NCBI GenBank assembly: GCA_963766645.1
Contig: CAVYAY010000003.1
Coordinates: forward strand, 416,554 to 480,553
DNA length: 64,000 nt
Direction of reading: 5' to 3'
Source: an uncultured Chloroflexia bacterium
Lineage (GTDB): Bacteria > Chloroflexota > Dehalococcoidia > DSTF01 > WHTK01
The notes under the pieces were generated by a model that was given only the letters and a program-made list of their open reading frames with translations, made no database searches and had not been told where the DNA came from. A program made the position numbers and the translations under genes. Shown piece after piece: positions 35,887 through 48,269 of the stretch (positions are counted from its first letter, which is position 1; every line of letters begins with the position of its first letter).

Positions 35887-37443
35887 CTAACTGCCTTCCT
35901 CCGGCACCAACCGTCCGTCGCCCGGCGACGCGGCGGCCGCCGCTTTCGCCTCCGCCTCGCCGCGCTCCCCGCCCGCCGACACCGCCAGCGAATCAGCGCT
36001 CCCGCGCGGGAACAGCAACGCCAGCCCGAACGCTATCACCGCCGCCGCGACGACGATGAAGTACACCTCGTGTAGCGTCGCCGCGAGGGCCCGCTGCATC
36101 CCGTCCAGCACCGCCGGCGCCAGCTCGGCGCGCGCGTGCGCGTTAAGCAGCGTCTGTGAGTCCGCGCCGGCCGGCACGCCAGGCACGTCCGCGTAGCGGC
36201 CCGACAGGTTGCTGTTCAGCAGCGCGCCCATGATCGCCACGCTGATCGCGCCACCGATTGTGCGGAAGAACTGGAACGAGGCCGTCGCCACGCCCCGGTG
36301 CCGCCACTCGACCGCGTTCTGCAATGAAATGATCAGCGCGCTGGTCATGAACCCCATACCGAAGCCGACGACCAGGGCCGCCAGCATCGCCAGCTCCCGC
36401 GGTGCGTCACGCGAAAGCGTTAGCAGGATCGCAGTACCGATCACCAGCGAAAATCCGCCCGTAATCGCCGCGGCGTAGTAACCGAACCGCAGGATCATCC
36501 GTCCGCCGATCACGCTCGCCACCGGCCAGCTGAACGACATCGGCAGGACGATCAGCCCTGCGTCGAACGCCGTCCCGCCGAAAACGCCCTGCGCGAACAA
36601 CGGCACGTAGGACTCAACGCCAAACATCAGACCGCCGCAGACCGCGATCGTCGCGCACGACATCACGATCACCCTGTTACGGAACAGCCACATCGGCAGC
36701 ACCGGCTCCCGGGCCCGGCTCTCCTGCGCAATGAATGCCGCCAGCAGCAGCGCTGAGACCGCGAACAGTGTCAGCGTCTCTACCGATATCCATCCATAGG
36801 CAGGACCGCCTTCCAGCAGGCCCAGAAGCAGTGCCACGACCGACCCCGATAGCAGCACCGTGCCGAAGTAATCGATCACGTGAGACTGCTTCTCCGTCTT
36901 CTCATCGAAGAAACGCCAGATCAACAGGATTGCGATTATCCCGATCGGTAAGTTGATGAAGAACACCCAGCGCCAGCTCAACCCGTCTGCCAGTAAGCCG
37001 CCGATCGCCGGCCCCGAAAGGCTCGTCACGCCCCAGACGCTGCTGAACAAACCCTGGATCCGCGCTCGTTGCTCGATGCTGAATACGTCGCCGATGATCG
37101 TCATTGTGATCGGCTGGGTCGCCCCAGCGCCCAAACCCTGCACAGCCCGGAAGATCACCAGCTCCAGCATGCTATTCGCCGTCCCGCATAGCATCGATCC
37201 CAGCAAGAAAACGCCGATGCCAAACAGCAGGACCGGCTTGCGCCCGTAGAGGTCTGCTAGCTTGCCGTACAGCGGCACCGTTACCGTCGAAGCCAGCAGG
37301 TAAACCGAGAACACCCAGCTGAACAAAGATAGGCCGCCGAGGTTTCCAACCACCGTCGGCAGCGCAGTGCTGATAATCGTTTGATCCAGCGCCGCGATCG
37401 CAATCGCGAACATCAGCGCCATGACCAGCAGAACTACTTTCAA
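35887..37443 (-). CDS. MFS transporter, DHA2 (14-TMS) family
   Basis: 518-aa ORF. ...LDQTIISTALPTVVGNLGG... and ...GKLADLYGRK... Confidence 0.9.
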   Translation of the reverse strand: MKVVLLVMALMFAIAIAALDQTIISTALPTVVGNLGGLSLFSWVFSVYLLASTVTVPLYGKLADLYGRKPVLLFGIGVFLLGSMLCGTANSMLELVIFRAVQGLGAGATQPITMTIIGDVFSIEQRARIQGLFSSVWGVTSLSGPAIGGLLADGLSWRWVFFINLPIGIIAILLIWRFFDEKTEKQSHVIDYFGTVLLSGSVVALLLGLLEGGPAYGWISVETLTLFAVSALLLAAFIAQESRAREPVLPMWLFRNRVIVMSCATIAVCGGLMFGVESYVPLFAQGVFGGTAFDAGLIVLPMSFSWPVASVIGGRMILRFGYYAAAITGGFSLVIGTAILLTLSRDAPRELAMLAALVVGFGMGFMTSALIISLQNAVEWRHRGVATASFQFFRTIGGAISVAIMGALLNSNLSGRYADVPGVPAGADSQTLLNAHARAELAPAVLDGMQRALAATLHEVYFIVVAAAVIAFGLALLFPRGSADSLAVSAGGERGEAEAKAAAAASPGDGRLVPEEGS

Positions 37444-37577
37444 GCCGTATCCGCTCTTCTAAACTACGCGCCCATTATACGGACGCACCTACCCCTCCAC
37501 CGCACTCGTACGTCATCAGCCCTCTTGTCACGCGCCCTTGGTCACGTCAAACTCACCCCGATTCCAAGGAGAACCAA

Positions 37578-38615
37578 ATGCCGCTGAAAGTCGTCATCCC
37601 CAACCAGCTCGGCCGCAACGAAGTGATAGCCCAGCTCCTCGAGGCCGAAGGCTGCGAGATGATCCGTTTGCCCGCCGTCCAGCCCGGCGGCCCGACAGAA
37701 TGGTCCGGCGAGGAAATCGAACGTTACTTCCTCGATGCCGACGCATTCGTCGGCATCTTCGCCGGACGTCCCATCTCCCGCAAGGTCCTAGAAGCCGCCG
37801 CGAAGCTGCGCGTTGGCGCCAGCCCGATCATCGGCACGGAGACCATCGACGTGGATGCGGCGACCGACCTCGGCATCGCGATCGGCTATGGTGCCGCTCC
37901 CGAAAACCTCCTGGGTGTCGCCGAAGCCGTCGTCATGCTCACCGCCGCCCTGCTCAAGAACCTGCCTGGCAAGTGGCAGTCCGTCGCCGAAGGCGGCTGG
38001 CGCACCGACGACCCCGGCCACATGGTCATGAACCGGACCGTCGGCCTCGTCGGACTCGGCAACATCGGCCGCGCCACCGCCAAACGACTCCAGGGCTGGG
38101 ACTGCAACCTCGTCGCCGCCGACCCCTTCGTCAAGGCCGAAGACGCCGCCGCCATCGGCGTCAAGCTCCTCTCGCTGGACGAGCTGATGAGCGTATCGGA
38201 CGTCGTCACTGTCATGGTCACGCTGACGGACTCAACCCACCACCTCATCGGCGAGCACGAGCTCTCGCTCATGAAGCCCGACGCCTACCTGATCAACACC
38301 TCGCGTGGGCCCTGCGTCGACGAAACGGCCCTGATCAAAGCCCTCGATGAAGGACGCCTCAAAGGCGCCGCTATCGACGCCTGGGAGCAGGAGCCTACCC
38401 GCGCCGACAACCCCCTGCGCACGCATCCACGTATCATCGCCACCGGCCATAACATCGGCCACTCCGAGGAGGTCTACGCCGCCCTCCCCGGACTCGCCGC
38501 CGAAAACATCCTCAAGGGCCTGCGCGGCGAAGACCCCACGTGCTTCCGCAACCCCGAAGTCCGCGAGCGCTGGTACCAGCGACTCAAGAACCTCGGCGTC
38601 CAACTCCCTGCGTAA
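37578..38615 (+). CDS. D-isomer-specific 2-hydroxyacid dehydrogenase family protein
   Basis: 345-aa ORF. Shows the NAD-binding motif GLVGLGNIGRA and ...LINTSRGPCVDE...AIDAWEQEP... Confidence 0.85.
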   Translation: MPLKVVIPNQLGRNEVIAQLLEAEGCEMIRLPAVQPGGPTEWSGEEIERYFLDADAFVGIFAGRPISRKVLEAAAKLRVGASPIIGTETIDVDAATDLGIAIGYGAAPENLLGVAEAVVMLTAALLKNLPGKWQSVAEGGWRTDDPGHMVMNRTVGLVGLGNIGRATAKRLQGWDCNLVAADPFVKAEDAAAIGVKLLSLDELMSVSDVVTVMVTLTDSTHHLIGEHELSLMKPDAYLINTSRGPCVDETALIKALDEGRLKGAAIDAWEQEPTRADNPLRTHPRIIATGHNIGHSEEVYAALPGLAAENILKGLRGEDPTCFRNPEVRERWYQRLKNLGVQLPA

Positions 38616-38658
38616 CGCCTCTGGAGGGACGAGCGCAACGCTTCGTCACCAACCCGCC

Positions 38659-38696
38659 GTCACTGCGAGGAGGCGACAGCCGACGCGCCAATCCCA
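38659..38696 (+). repeat. R3 38-nt repeat copy
   Basis: gtcactgcgaggaggcgacagccgacgcgccaatccca. Confidence 0.65.
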
Positions 38697-38801
38697 CGTT
38701 CCACTCCAAGCCACAACGCAGTCCGCCAGCCCAGCACCGTCTGCCCCACCCCAGACCAATTCCACGTTGCTTCCGAATCTCCTCAAGGCCCAGTGAGGTC
38801 A

Positions 38802-38922
38802 GTAGGGGCGCAGCCCCTGCGGGGGGAGTCTGAGGGGCCTCCCCTCAGTTCCTAGTAGGAGAAGGCGGAGCGCACAAGGGCGACGGCTAGGGAGCCCGCC
38901 GGACGCGCGGCCTTCGACGCCC
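38802..38922 (+). repeat. R1 interspersed element, full copy C
   Basis: gtaggggcgcagcccctgcggggggagtctgaggggcctcccctcag...ggcggagcgcacaa...ccggacgcgcggccttcgacgcc. Confidence 0.8.
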
Positions 38923-39015
38923 CAATGCAGTCCACCAACCCACTGCAACGCCATCGCCAGAAGAAAAAGGACGGCCAACCAGCCGTCCCTTCTAAACCTC
39001 AAACCCGAAAAGCGC

Positions 39016-39147
39016 CTACTCCTCCGAAGCCTGGTCTTCCGCTTTCATATTGCCCGGCTTCGGCTGACTCTCACCGAAGATATACAAGCCCCAGGCAAAC
39101 GCGGCCGCACCGGCCACGCCCAACCACGTCAGAACTTCTCCTAACAC
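39016..39147 (-). CDS. Possible 43-aa single-TM peptide (below the ORF-track cutoff)
   Basis: GTG at 39147 lies 6 nt after AGGAG. Translation: MLGEVLTWLGVAGAAAFAWGLYIFGESQPKPGNMKAEDQASEE. An AT-rich stretch lies upstream. Confidence 0.3.
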   Translation of the reverse strand: MLGEVLTWLGVAGAAAFAWGLYIFGESQPKPGNMKAEDQASEE

Positions 39148-39269
39148 TTCCGGCTCCTATGAAATTGATTTCTTATTTTACTTTCGGCAGCGACCGTGTC
39201 GCGCCGTAGCCCTCGGTCCCTTCCCTTACAATTTCGGCAACCAACACCAGAGACTGAACGCAGGACAGA

Positions 39270-40014
39270 TTGAAATCATCCCTGGACAAGAATTGGCATG
39301 GCCCCGAACCGTTGCCTAACCCCCTGGGCGTCGCTCGCCTCGGCGAGATCTACTCCCGTACCGCCGCGTTCTACGACGGCATAGTCGCCGAACGCCAGGC
39401 CGGCCCCAAGCTCGAAGCACTGCGCCAGCTCGACCGCCAGCCCGGAGAACGATTCCTCGAAGTCGGTGTCGGCACCGCCTGGGCTTTCGCCCGCCTCGTC
39501 ACCGAATCCGGCTTCGCAGACGCCTATGGCCTCGACGTCGCGACCGGCATGCTCGAAGTCGCTCGCCAAACCATTTCCGAGCTAGCAGCCAGGGGCGCCG
39601 CGCGCCTTCCCGAGCCCGTCGAAGGACCCGGCGCCCCGTCTCTCAGCATCCCCTTCCTCCTCGCCGACGCCCGTCACCTCCCCTTCCTCGACGCGACTTT
39701 CGACTGCCTTCTCAACACCTACACGTTCGAGGTTCTCGCCACCTCCGACACCCCGCCCGTCCTCGAAGAATGTCTCCGAGTCCTCAAGCCCGGCGGCCGC
39801 ATCGCCGTCGTCAACCTCACCGACGGCGAAGGACCCGACGCCGCCATGACCGAAGACTGGAAGCGCCGGTACCAGAATCGACCCCGAATACTTTGGCGGC
39901 GCCCGCCCTCTGCACCTTCAGTCCATGCTGCAAGCCCACGGCTTCACAAACGTCACCCGAACCTACGTAGGCCCAGATTGGCCCTCCGAAGTCCTCCTCG
40001 CACGCCGCCCCTGA
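39270..40014 (+). CDS. Class I SAM-dependent methyltransferase, one frameshift near 39873
   Basis: Motif I FLEVGVGTAWA and motif ...VLKPGGRIAVVN. The plausible tail IDPEYFGGARPLHLQSMLQAHGFTNVTRTYVGPDWPSEVLLARRP-stop (40012-40014) lies in the adjacent frame. Confidence 0.75.
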
Positions 40015-40046
40015 ACGTCCCGCCTCTCACGAGAGCCACCATCTCG

Positions 40047-40084
40047 GTCACTGCGTGGAAGCGCCAGCCGACGCGGCAATCTCA
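40047..40084 (+). repeat. R3 38-nt repeat copy
   Basis: gtcactgcgtggaagcgccagccgacgcggcaatctca. Confidence 0.65.
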
Positions 40085-40193
40085 TAAGGCACCGAAACAC
40101 CCCGACGCAGTTCAAAGAGCCAACCGCTGTCCTCAATAACAAAATCCCCTCTCCCCGGAAGGAGAAGGGATTACACGACGGCTCGTTCCAGAC

Positions 40194-40622
40194 CTACGAG
40201 GCCTTCGCGCACTCCCTGCACAGCCCGAAGATCGCGATATGGTCCAGGTCCGCCTGAAACCCCGTCTCACGCTGCAACGACCGCGTCAGCGCCGTCAGAT
40301 GCGACTCGTCAAGCTGGGTCACCTGACCACACGACCGGCAGATCAGGTGGTGATGCCTGTCTCCGCCCAGCCACTCGAAGAGCGTGTCTCCCGAGCCCAG
40401 GTTCGTCTCCGACACCAACCGCAGCTCCTTCGCCGCCGCCAGCGTCCGGTACACCGTTGACGCGTCGACATAGGGATAGCTGCGCCGAGCCTCCTCGAGA
40501 AGCTGGCTCGCCGTCACGTGCCCGCCCGCGTGCCGCAGGCAGCTCAAGATCAGCAGACGCTGCGGCGTTACCTTCTGCCCAGACGCCCGCAGCAGCTCTG
40601 CAGTGTCTTTCTCGCAGCTCAT
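40194..40622 (-). CDS. Fur-family transcriptional regulator (Fur/Zur/PerR type not resolved)
   Basis: Start at ATG 40622 (MSCEKDTAELLRASGQKVTPQRLLIL...). Shows the winged-helix TPQR motif and the HHHLIC..CG / C..C metal sites. Confidence 0.85.
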   Translation of the reverse strand: MSCEKDTAELLRASGQKVTPQRLLILSCLRHAGGHVTASQLLEEARRSYPYVDASTVYRTLAAAKELRLVSETNLGSGDTLFEWLGGDRHHHLICRSCGQVTQLDESHLTALTRSLQRETGFQADLDHIAIFGLCRECAKAS

Positions 40623-40743
40623 ACCCTGACACTCGCACCTCGCGCCAAGGCCGTCAAGCTCACGACGTTCCCTTCGACCGACCGCCACAACTCGGCAATG
40701 CGGATCCAAGCCCCCACTCAGCAGGGGTCGAAGGGAGTAAGGG

Positions 40744-42286
40744 CGTGCCCCATTTCCAGAGCCACCCCTATACTCCCACCGTGAGCGACCAGGACGATCC
40801 CCAGCCGGAGGACACGTCTCCGGTAACGCGCGGCCGGCGCGCCTTCGACGACGCGTACCACCGAGCCGAATCCCTGCTCGATACCGGCCAAGGCCACGCC
40901 TTTCGCGTCCTCTGGTTCTTCCTCCCCGATACCTCGGTCGTGCACCAGGTTCGCTTTCAGGCTGTCTTCGCTTCCCGATTCTTCTCCGACGCCGGCCAGC
41001 AAGCCCTCGCCTACGGCGCCCTCGTTGGCGTCGTCCGCGCCGGCGGCACCGCGATCGATGCTGCCATGATCGGTGTTGCCGCGCTGCTACCGCCCGCCCT
41101 CTTCGGTCTCTACGGGGGCGCCGTCGCCGATGCGCTACCCAAGCGCGTCGCGCTGGCCGCCATCTACAACCTGCAGGCCGCCCTCTGCTTCGCCGCCCCA
41201 GGCCTAATCGGCACCCATCTCGGCGGCCTCATGCTTCTGCTCTTCGCTGTCAACGCTCTCGGCCAAGTCAGCGGCCCCAGCGAGTCTTCCGTCGTCCCGC
41301 TCGTCGCCAGCGAAACGCAGCTCGCCAGCGCCGCGTCAATGCTCAGCCTGGCCTCTTCGCTCGGCACCGCCTTCGGCATGGCGTTCCTCGCCCCTATCCT
41401 CGTCCGCGTCTTCAGTGTCGAGGTCGTAATTTACTTCGCCGGCGCCATGCTCCTTATCGCCGCCAGCCGTGTCTTCGACCTCCCGGCCCACGCCTCCGAG
41501 CCGGAGAGCCGGCTACAACTCGAGCGCGTCCTCCGCCAGGTCAGTTATCGCTCCACAATCACCTGGTTCGCCCGCCAGCCCGCGGTCGCCACCATGGTCT
41601 TTGTCGCCGTCCTCGCCGGCACGGCTCAGATCGTCATCCAGACGCTTGCGCCACGCTACGTCCAGGCTGTTCTCCAGGTCGACGCCGCCGACACCGTCTA
41701 CGTCTTCGCTCCGTCTGCCCTCGGCCTCGCGCTCGCGGTCGTCGTCACGCCCATCCTCGTCCGCAGCCGCGGCGAGCGCATGACGGCGCTCCTTGGCTTC
41801 GTCCTCGTGACCGCGGCCCTCTTCTGCTTCGGTCTCGTCGCCGATCTGACCTGGATCGACGCTGCGAATCCGCTGCGAGCCCTCGCCAGCGTCGGCATCG
41901 AACTCGATTTACGGCTGCGCACGGCGGCCCTCTTCGCCCTGCCCCTCGGCTTTGGCCTATCCCTCACCTCGACGTCGGTGCATATCTACATCAACCGCCG
42001 CGTCCCGCTCGCCAGCCAAGGTCGCGCCTTTGCACTACAAAGCAGCCTCAAGAACGGTGTCGCCGTCATCCCGCTGGTTACGCTCGGCCTCGCCGCTTCC
42101 AAATTCGGCGTCGCTAGCGTGCTCATCGCATCCCCGTTCCTCCTCCTCGCCCTCGCGATCGGCCTGCTGCGCGCCAACCGCTATTTCGCCGGCAGCGACG
42201 ACCCCGGCCACCTCATTGAGCTCGCGACCTACTGGGAAGAACCGCTAATCGAAGCATCGCAGCAAGACCGAGAGGAATCCGAATGA
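40744..42286 (+). CDS. MFS transporter (divergent from the Fur-family gene; start uncertain, GTG 40744 or 40781)
   Basis: Multiple TM segments and ...GGAVADALPKR... The first ~95 codons of the 609-aa track ORF overlap fur in antisense and look non-coding. Confidence 0.75.
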
Positions 42287-43260
42287 TTCGCGCTCTGTAC
42301 CGCACCGAAACCGGAGAGCTTCACTCCGAGTTACGCCTGCACGAGATCAAAAGCGAGTTCGCATCCGCCAAAGGCCTGCTCTGGGTCGACCTCGACACCG
42401 CAGATCCTGAAGGCAGGCCGCTTCTCGAGCAGGCGTTCGGCTTCCACCCGCTCGCCGTCGACGACTGCTACAACGGCCACCTCGACACACCAAAAGTCGA
42501 TGACTACGACGCCTACCTCTTCATCGAGGCTCAAGGCATCGATTACTCTATGCAGACCAATCGTCTCGTCCTCACCGAGCTTGGCCTCTTCCTCGGCCCC
42601 CACTACGTCGTCACCATCCACGAAAAGCCAATCGACCCCATTGAGCAGCTGCTCGCTCGGGCTCAGGGAAACTCGCCCTTCATGGCCCGCGGCGCGGATT
42701 TCCTCACTCACACGATTCTCGACGTCGTGGTCGACCAGCTCCTGCCTGCCGCTGAAGAGATGGACGAGAAACTAGATGACCTTGAACGCTCCATCCTTGA
42801 GGATCCGGACAAAGAGCTGTTGTCGGAGGTCCTCCAACTCAAACGCAACATCCTGCGACTTCGCCGCTCCATCCTGCCCCAGCGCGACCTCGTCAACCAA
42901 CTCTCCCGCGGTGAATTCCCCAAGCTCATCCGACCCGAAGCCCTGATCTTCTACCGCGACGTCTACGATCACGTCGTCCGCATCGAGTCCCTGCTTGAAG
43001 GCCTGCGGGACCTCGCCGACAGCGCTCTCAACAGTTACCTCTCTTCGGTCAACAACCGCATGAATGAGGTCATGAAGGCCTTGTCCGTCGTAGCCGTGGT
43101 GTTCTTACCCTTGACGCTGATCGCCAGTATCTACGGCACCAACCTGGACCTGGCGCCCTTCGGCCTCACCTTCAAATACGGATTCGAGTTCATGATCGGC
43201 GCTATGCTGACGCTTTCCGCCGCCATGGCGCTCTACTTCCGGCGCCGCGGCTGGTTCTAA
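42283..43260 (+). CDS. corA: CorA-family divalent-cation transporter with GTN in place of the canonical GMN motif
   Basis: 325-aa ORF whose ATG overlaps the upstream stop (ATGA). C-terminus ...VFLPLTLIASIYGTNLDLAPF... plus two TM helices. Confidence 0.85.
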   Translation: MIRALYRTETGELHSELRLHEIKSEFASAKGLLWVDLDTADPEGRPLLEQAFGFHPLAVDDCYNGHLDTPKVDDYDAYLFIEAQGIDYSMQTNRLVLTELGLFLGPHYVVTIHEKPIDPIEQLLARAQGNSPFMARGADFLTHTILDVVVDQLLPAAEEMDEKLDDLERSILEDPDKELLSEVLQLKRNILRLRRSILPQRDLVNQLSRGEFPKLIRPEALIFYRDVYDHVVRIESLLEGLRDLADSALNSYLSSVNNRMNEVMKALSVVAVVFLPLTLIASIYGTNLDLAPFGLTFKYGFEFMIGAMLTLSAAMALYFRRRGWF

Positions 43261-43293
43261 CCTTGCTGCAGGCCTTCCCGCGCGGCAGCTGTG

Positions 43294-44274
43294 CTAGTCG
43301 AAGCTCGCCACCCGCGTCAAGAACACGAGCCCGCCATCCCCCATCCGGGCCGTCACTTCCCAGCAACCGGCCTCTGGGAACACCAAGACGGACCGGAAGA
43401 CGCCGTCGCCGGCGTCAATCGCCTGCTCGACGAAGAGGGGCGATGACGGCGCGTCCAGGCGGCGTCCGCTGATCTCCAGCTGCCCGGTCGTCCAGCGCAG
43501 CCACCACCACTCGACCGCCAATGATCCATCATCGCGAACCTCGGCGCGGGTATCAGCGCCGACTTTGACGATCCCCTCCGACCACAATGTCGTCGAAACA
43601 CCACCGCTCCCATACGCGAGGTCTCCCTTGCCGTCTGGCGGAAGCACGCCGTTCGGCTCGGTCACCGGACACGACGCGAGCGTCACTGAGCCGACCTCGA
43701 TGCGCTCAAACGGCGGATAGAAACTGACGACGCGCGTCACGAAGGTCAGGCTCGCGTCACCGGCGCGCCCGGTCACCTCCCAGCATCCCGGCGTCGGGAA
43801 CACCAGCCCGGTGGCCTGGAAGCCGATGTTGCCGTAGCCTCCCGGCGCTTCGCCGTGCATCGGTGGGGCGTCTCCGTCAAGACGTCGGCCCGTGATTTCC
43901 AGCTTTCCCTCGACACCACGCCACCACCAGAACTTCATGCCCAGCGAACCGTCAATGTCGCTTCGGCCGCCGGGCCCGCCCGGCTCGAACACCACCGTCC
44001 CCTCCGGGTACAGCCCCACCCAGATCGCCCCATTCCCCAGCACATCGGAAGAACGGTTGGGATCCTCGCCCGGCGGCGTCGAGCCGTTCGGCTTCGTCAC
44101 AGGGCAACCGTCGTTGAGAATCGAATCCGGCAGAGGCGTCGATGTCGGAATGGCCGGCGCCACAAACGTAACGCCTTTCGCAGGCGCGTTCGTTGACAAG
44201 GCGTCGGACTCGCTGGAGCACCCGACCATCAGGCCGGCGAACGCCATGCATCCAAGGACCCTCGCCCACGACAT
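43294..44274 (-). CDS. Lipoprotein made of two tandem copies of an unrecognised ~130-aa domain
   Basis: Signal peptide with lipobox LMVGC. Both halves share CPVT.PNG..PP...DGSL...WWW.R...G.LEI.GRRLD...LVFP..GCWEVT.R.GD..L.F.TRV.SF. Confidence 0.7.
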   Translation of the reverse strand: MSWARVLGCMAFAGLMVGCSSESDALSTNAPAKGVTFVAPAIPTSTPLPDSILNDGCPVTKPNGSTPPGEDPNRSSDVLGNGAIWVGLYPEGTVVFEPGGPGGRSDIDGSLGMKFWWWRGVEGKLEITGRRLDGDAPPMHGEAPGGYGNIGFQATGLVFPTPGCWEVTGRAGDASLTFVTRVVSFYPPFERIEVGSVTLASCPVTEPNGVLPPDGKGDLAYGSGGVSTTLWSEGIVKVGADTRAEVRDDGSLAVEWWWLRWTTGQLEISGRRLDAPSSPLFVEQAIDAGDGVFRSVLVFPEAGCWEVTARMGDGGLVFLTRVASFD

Positions 44275-44338
44275 GCCTCCATTATCACGCCACCCTGTAC
44301 AAAGTCACTCCCCTCGACCCCGAATCTGCAACCGCCTC

Positions 44339-44347
44339 TGCTAGAAT
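44339..44347 (+). promoter_or_regulatory. Possible extended -10 element (TGC-TAGAAT) giving a very short or absent leuS leader
   Basis: TAGAAT at 44342-44347 lies only 11 nt before the leuS ATG at 44359. I saw no convincing -35 and no RBS. Confidence 0.3.
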
Positions 44348-44358
44348 CAAAACCTGAC

Positions 44359-46839
<2,481 letters not shown>

Positions 46840-46904
46840 GGCGTGATTCATCCTCGCCACGTCCCCCAGCGGCCTTCACCCGGTGCACATGGAAGGACAC
46901 GCAA

Positions 46905-47399
46905 ATGCCCCAGACCGCCGTCGACACCCTCCTCTTCCTGATGGACAACGCATTCGAGAACAGTCGCGCCCACGCCCTCCTCAGCAATCTCGGCACCGTC
47001 ACCGAGGACGACTACGAACGCGAGCACGACGGCCGTTCCATCCTCGAAATGGTCCGCCACGTCGCCGCTGCCAAGCACGTCTACAACAACTTCGCCTTCG
47101 AAGACGCCTCCATGACCTGGCCCACCATGCAGGACCGCATCTTCGCCACCGACAAGACTATGGCCGACGACCTCGAATGGCTCCGCCACGGCCACCAGGT
47201 CCTGCGCGCCAGCGTCGCCGCCCTTGACGACGACGCTCTCGTCACCCAGCGCCCCGTCCACATGGGCGGCACCCTCGAAACTCGCAACATCATCTCGATC
47301 ATGATCGAGCACGACCTCTACCACGCCGGCGAGATCAACCACCTCCGCGCCCTCATGCAAGGCACCGACTACTGGCGCGGCCGCGAACCCCAGAAATAG
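46905..47399 (+). CDS. DinB-family (four-helix-bundle) protein
   Basis: ATG 46905 with GGAAGGA upstream. ...MVRHVAAAKHVY...IEHDLYHAGEINHLRAL... shows the DinB-type His pattern. Confidence 0.7.
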   Translation: MPQTAVDTLLFLMDNAFENSRAHALLSNLGTVTEDDYEREHDGRSILEMVRHVAAAKHVYNNFAFEDASMTWPTMQDRIFATDKTMADDLEWLRHGHQVLRASVAALDDDALVTQRPVHMGGTLETRNIISIMIEHDLYHAGEINHLRALMQGTDYWRGREPQK

Positions 47400-47459
47400 A
47401 CGCTTCCGATAGCCCCACCCACATCACGCCGGCCGTCCCGCGGTCGTAACATAAGCGTC

Positions 47460-48263
47460 ATGCCTCGCCTCGCCTTCCTCGCCCCGCTCATCCTCGCGAC
47501 CTTCCTCGTCGCCTGCGGCGGTGGCGACTATGACGGCACCCGCCGACTGGCAACGCATCGCCGACGTCCGCCGCCGCGGCCTCCGCCACAGCCCACCGCC
47601 GCGGAAGACAAGCCCACGCCGGAAGCCGCCCCCGCCGGCGTCACGGACGAGCCCGTACGCTTCGAGACCTCCGACGGCGTCGCCATCTCCGGCCACCTCT
47701 ACAGCGGCGGCGGCCCCAAGCGCAAAGTCGTCGTCCTCGCCCACGAGTTCCCCAGAGACCAGACCGCCTGGACCGCATTCGCCCAGCAGCTCGCCGCCGC
47801 CGGCATCGACGCGCTCACATTCGACTTCCGCGGCTACGGCGAGACCGGCGGCGACAAGGACGTCGCGAAGATCGACCTCGACCTCGAATCCGCCGCGCGC
47901 TTCATCGCCTCCCGCGACTACGCGCAGGTCTATCTCTTCGGCGCCAGCATGGGCGGCACCGCCGCGATCAAGGTCGCTGCTCGTCTCGACCTCGCCGGCC
48001 TCGTCACTATCTCAGCGCCGGACCAACTTCATGGGACTCGACGCCCGCACCGACGTCGCCAACGTCAGCCGAGCCGAAGCTCTTCATCGCCGCAAAGAGG
48101 CGACGATGGCGCCCCCGACGCCGTCGACTACTTCATGCAGCAGGCGTCACGGCCCCAAGGACAGCATCATCTACGACGGCTCTGAGCACGGCACGGAGCT
48201 GCTCGGCGGGCAAGCGGCACCCGACCTCAAGAGGCGCTATTCGGGTTTCTCGACCAGTACTGA
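47460..48263 (+). pseudogene. Lipoprotein alpha/beta hydrolase (dienelactone-hydrolase / S9-like), several frameshifts in its last ~250 nt
   Basis: Lipobox FLVAC and nucleophile elbow GASMGG. The C-terminal pieces TNFMGLDARTDVANVS, PKLFIAAKGDDGAPDAVDYFMQQA, GPKDSIIYDGSEHGTELL and ALFGFLDQY-stop lie in alternating frames. Confidence 0.7.
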
Positions 48264-48269
48264 GGACAG

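Noticed and set aside
40457-40743. N-terminal 95 codons of the 609-aa MFS ORF
   Set aside because: This stretch overlaps the Fur-family gene in antisense and is Ser/Arg/Pro/Ala-rich. A start at GTG 40744 (GGGAG upstream) or GTG 40781 fits better.
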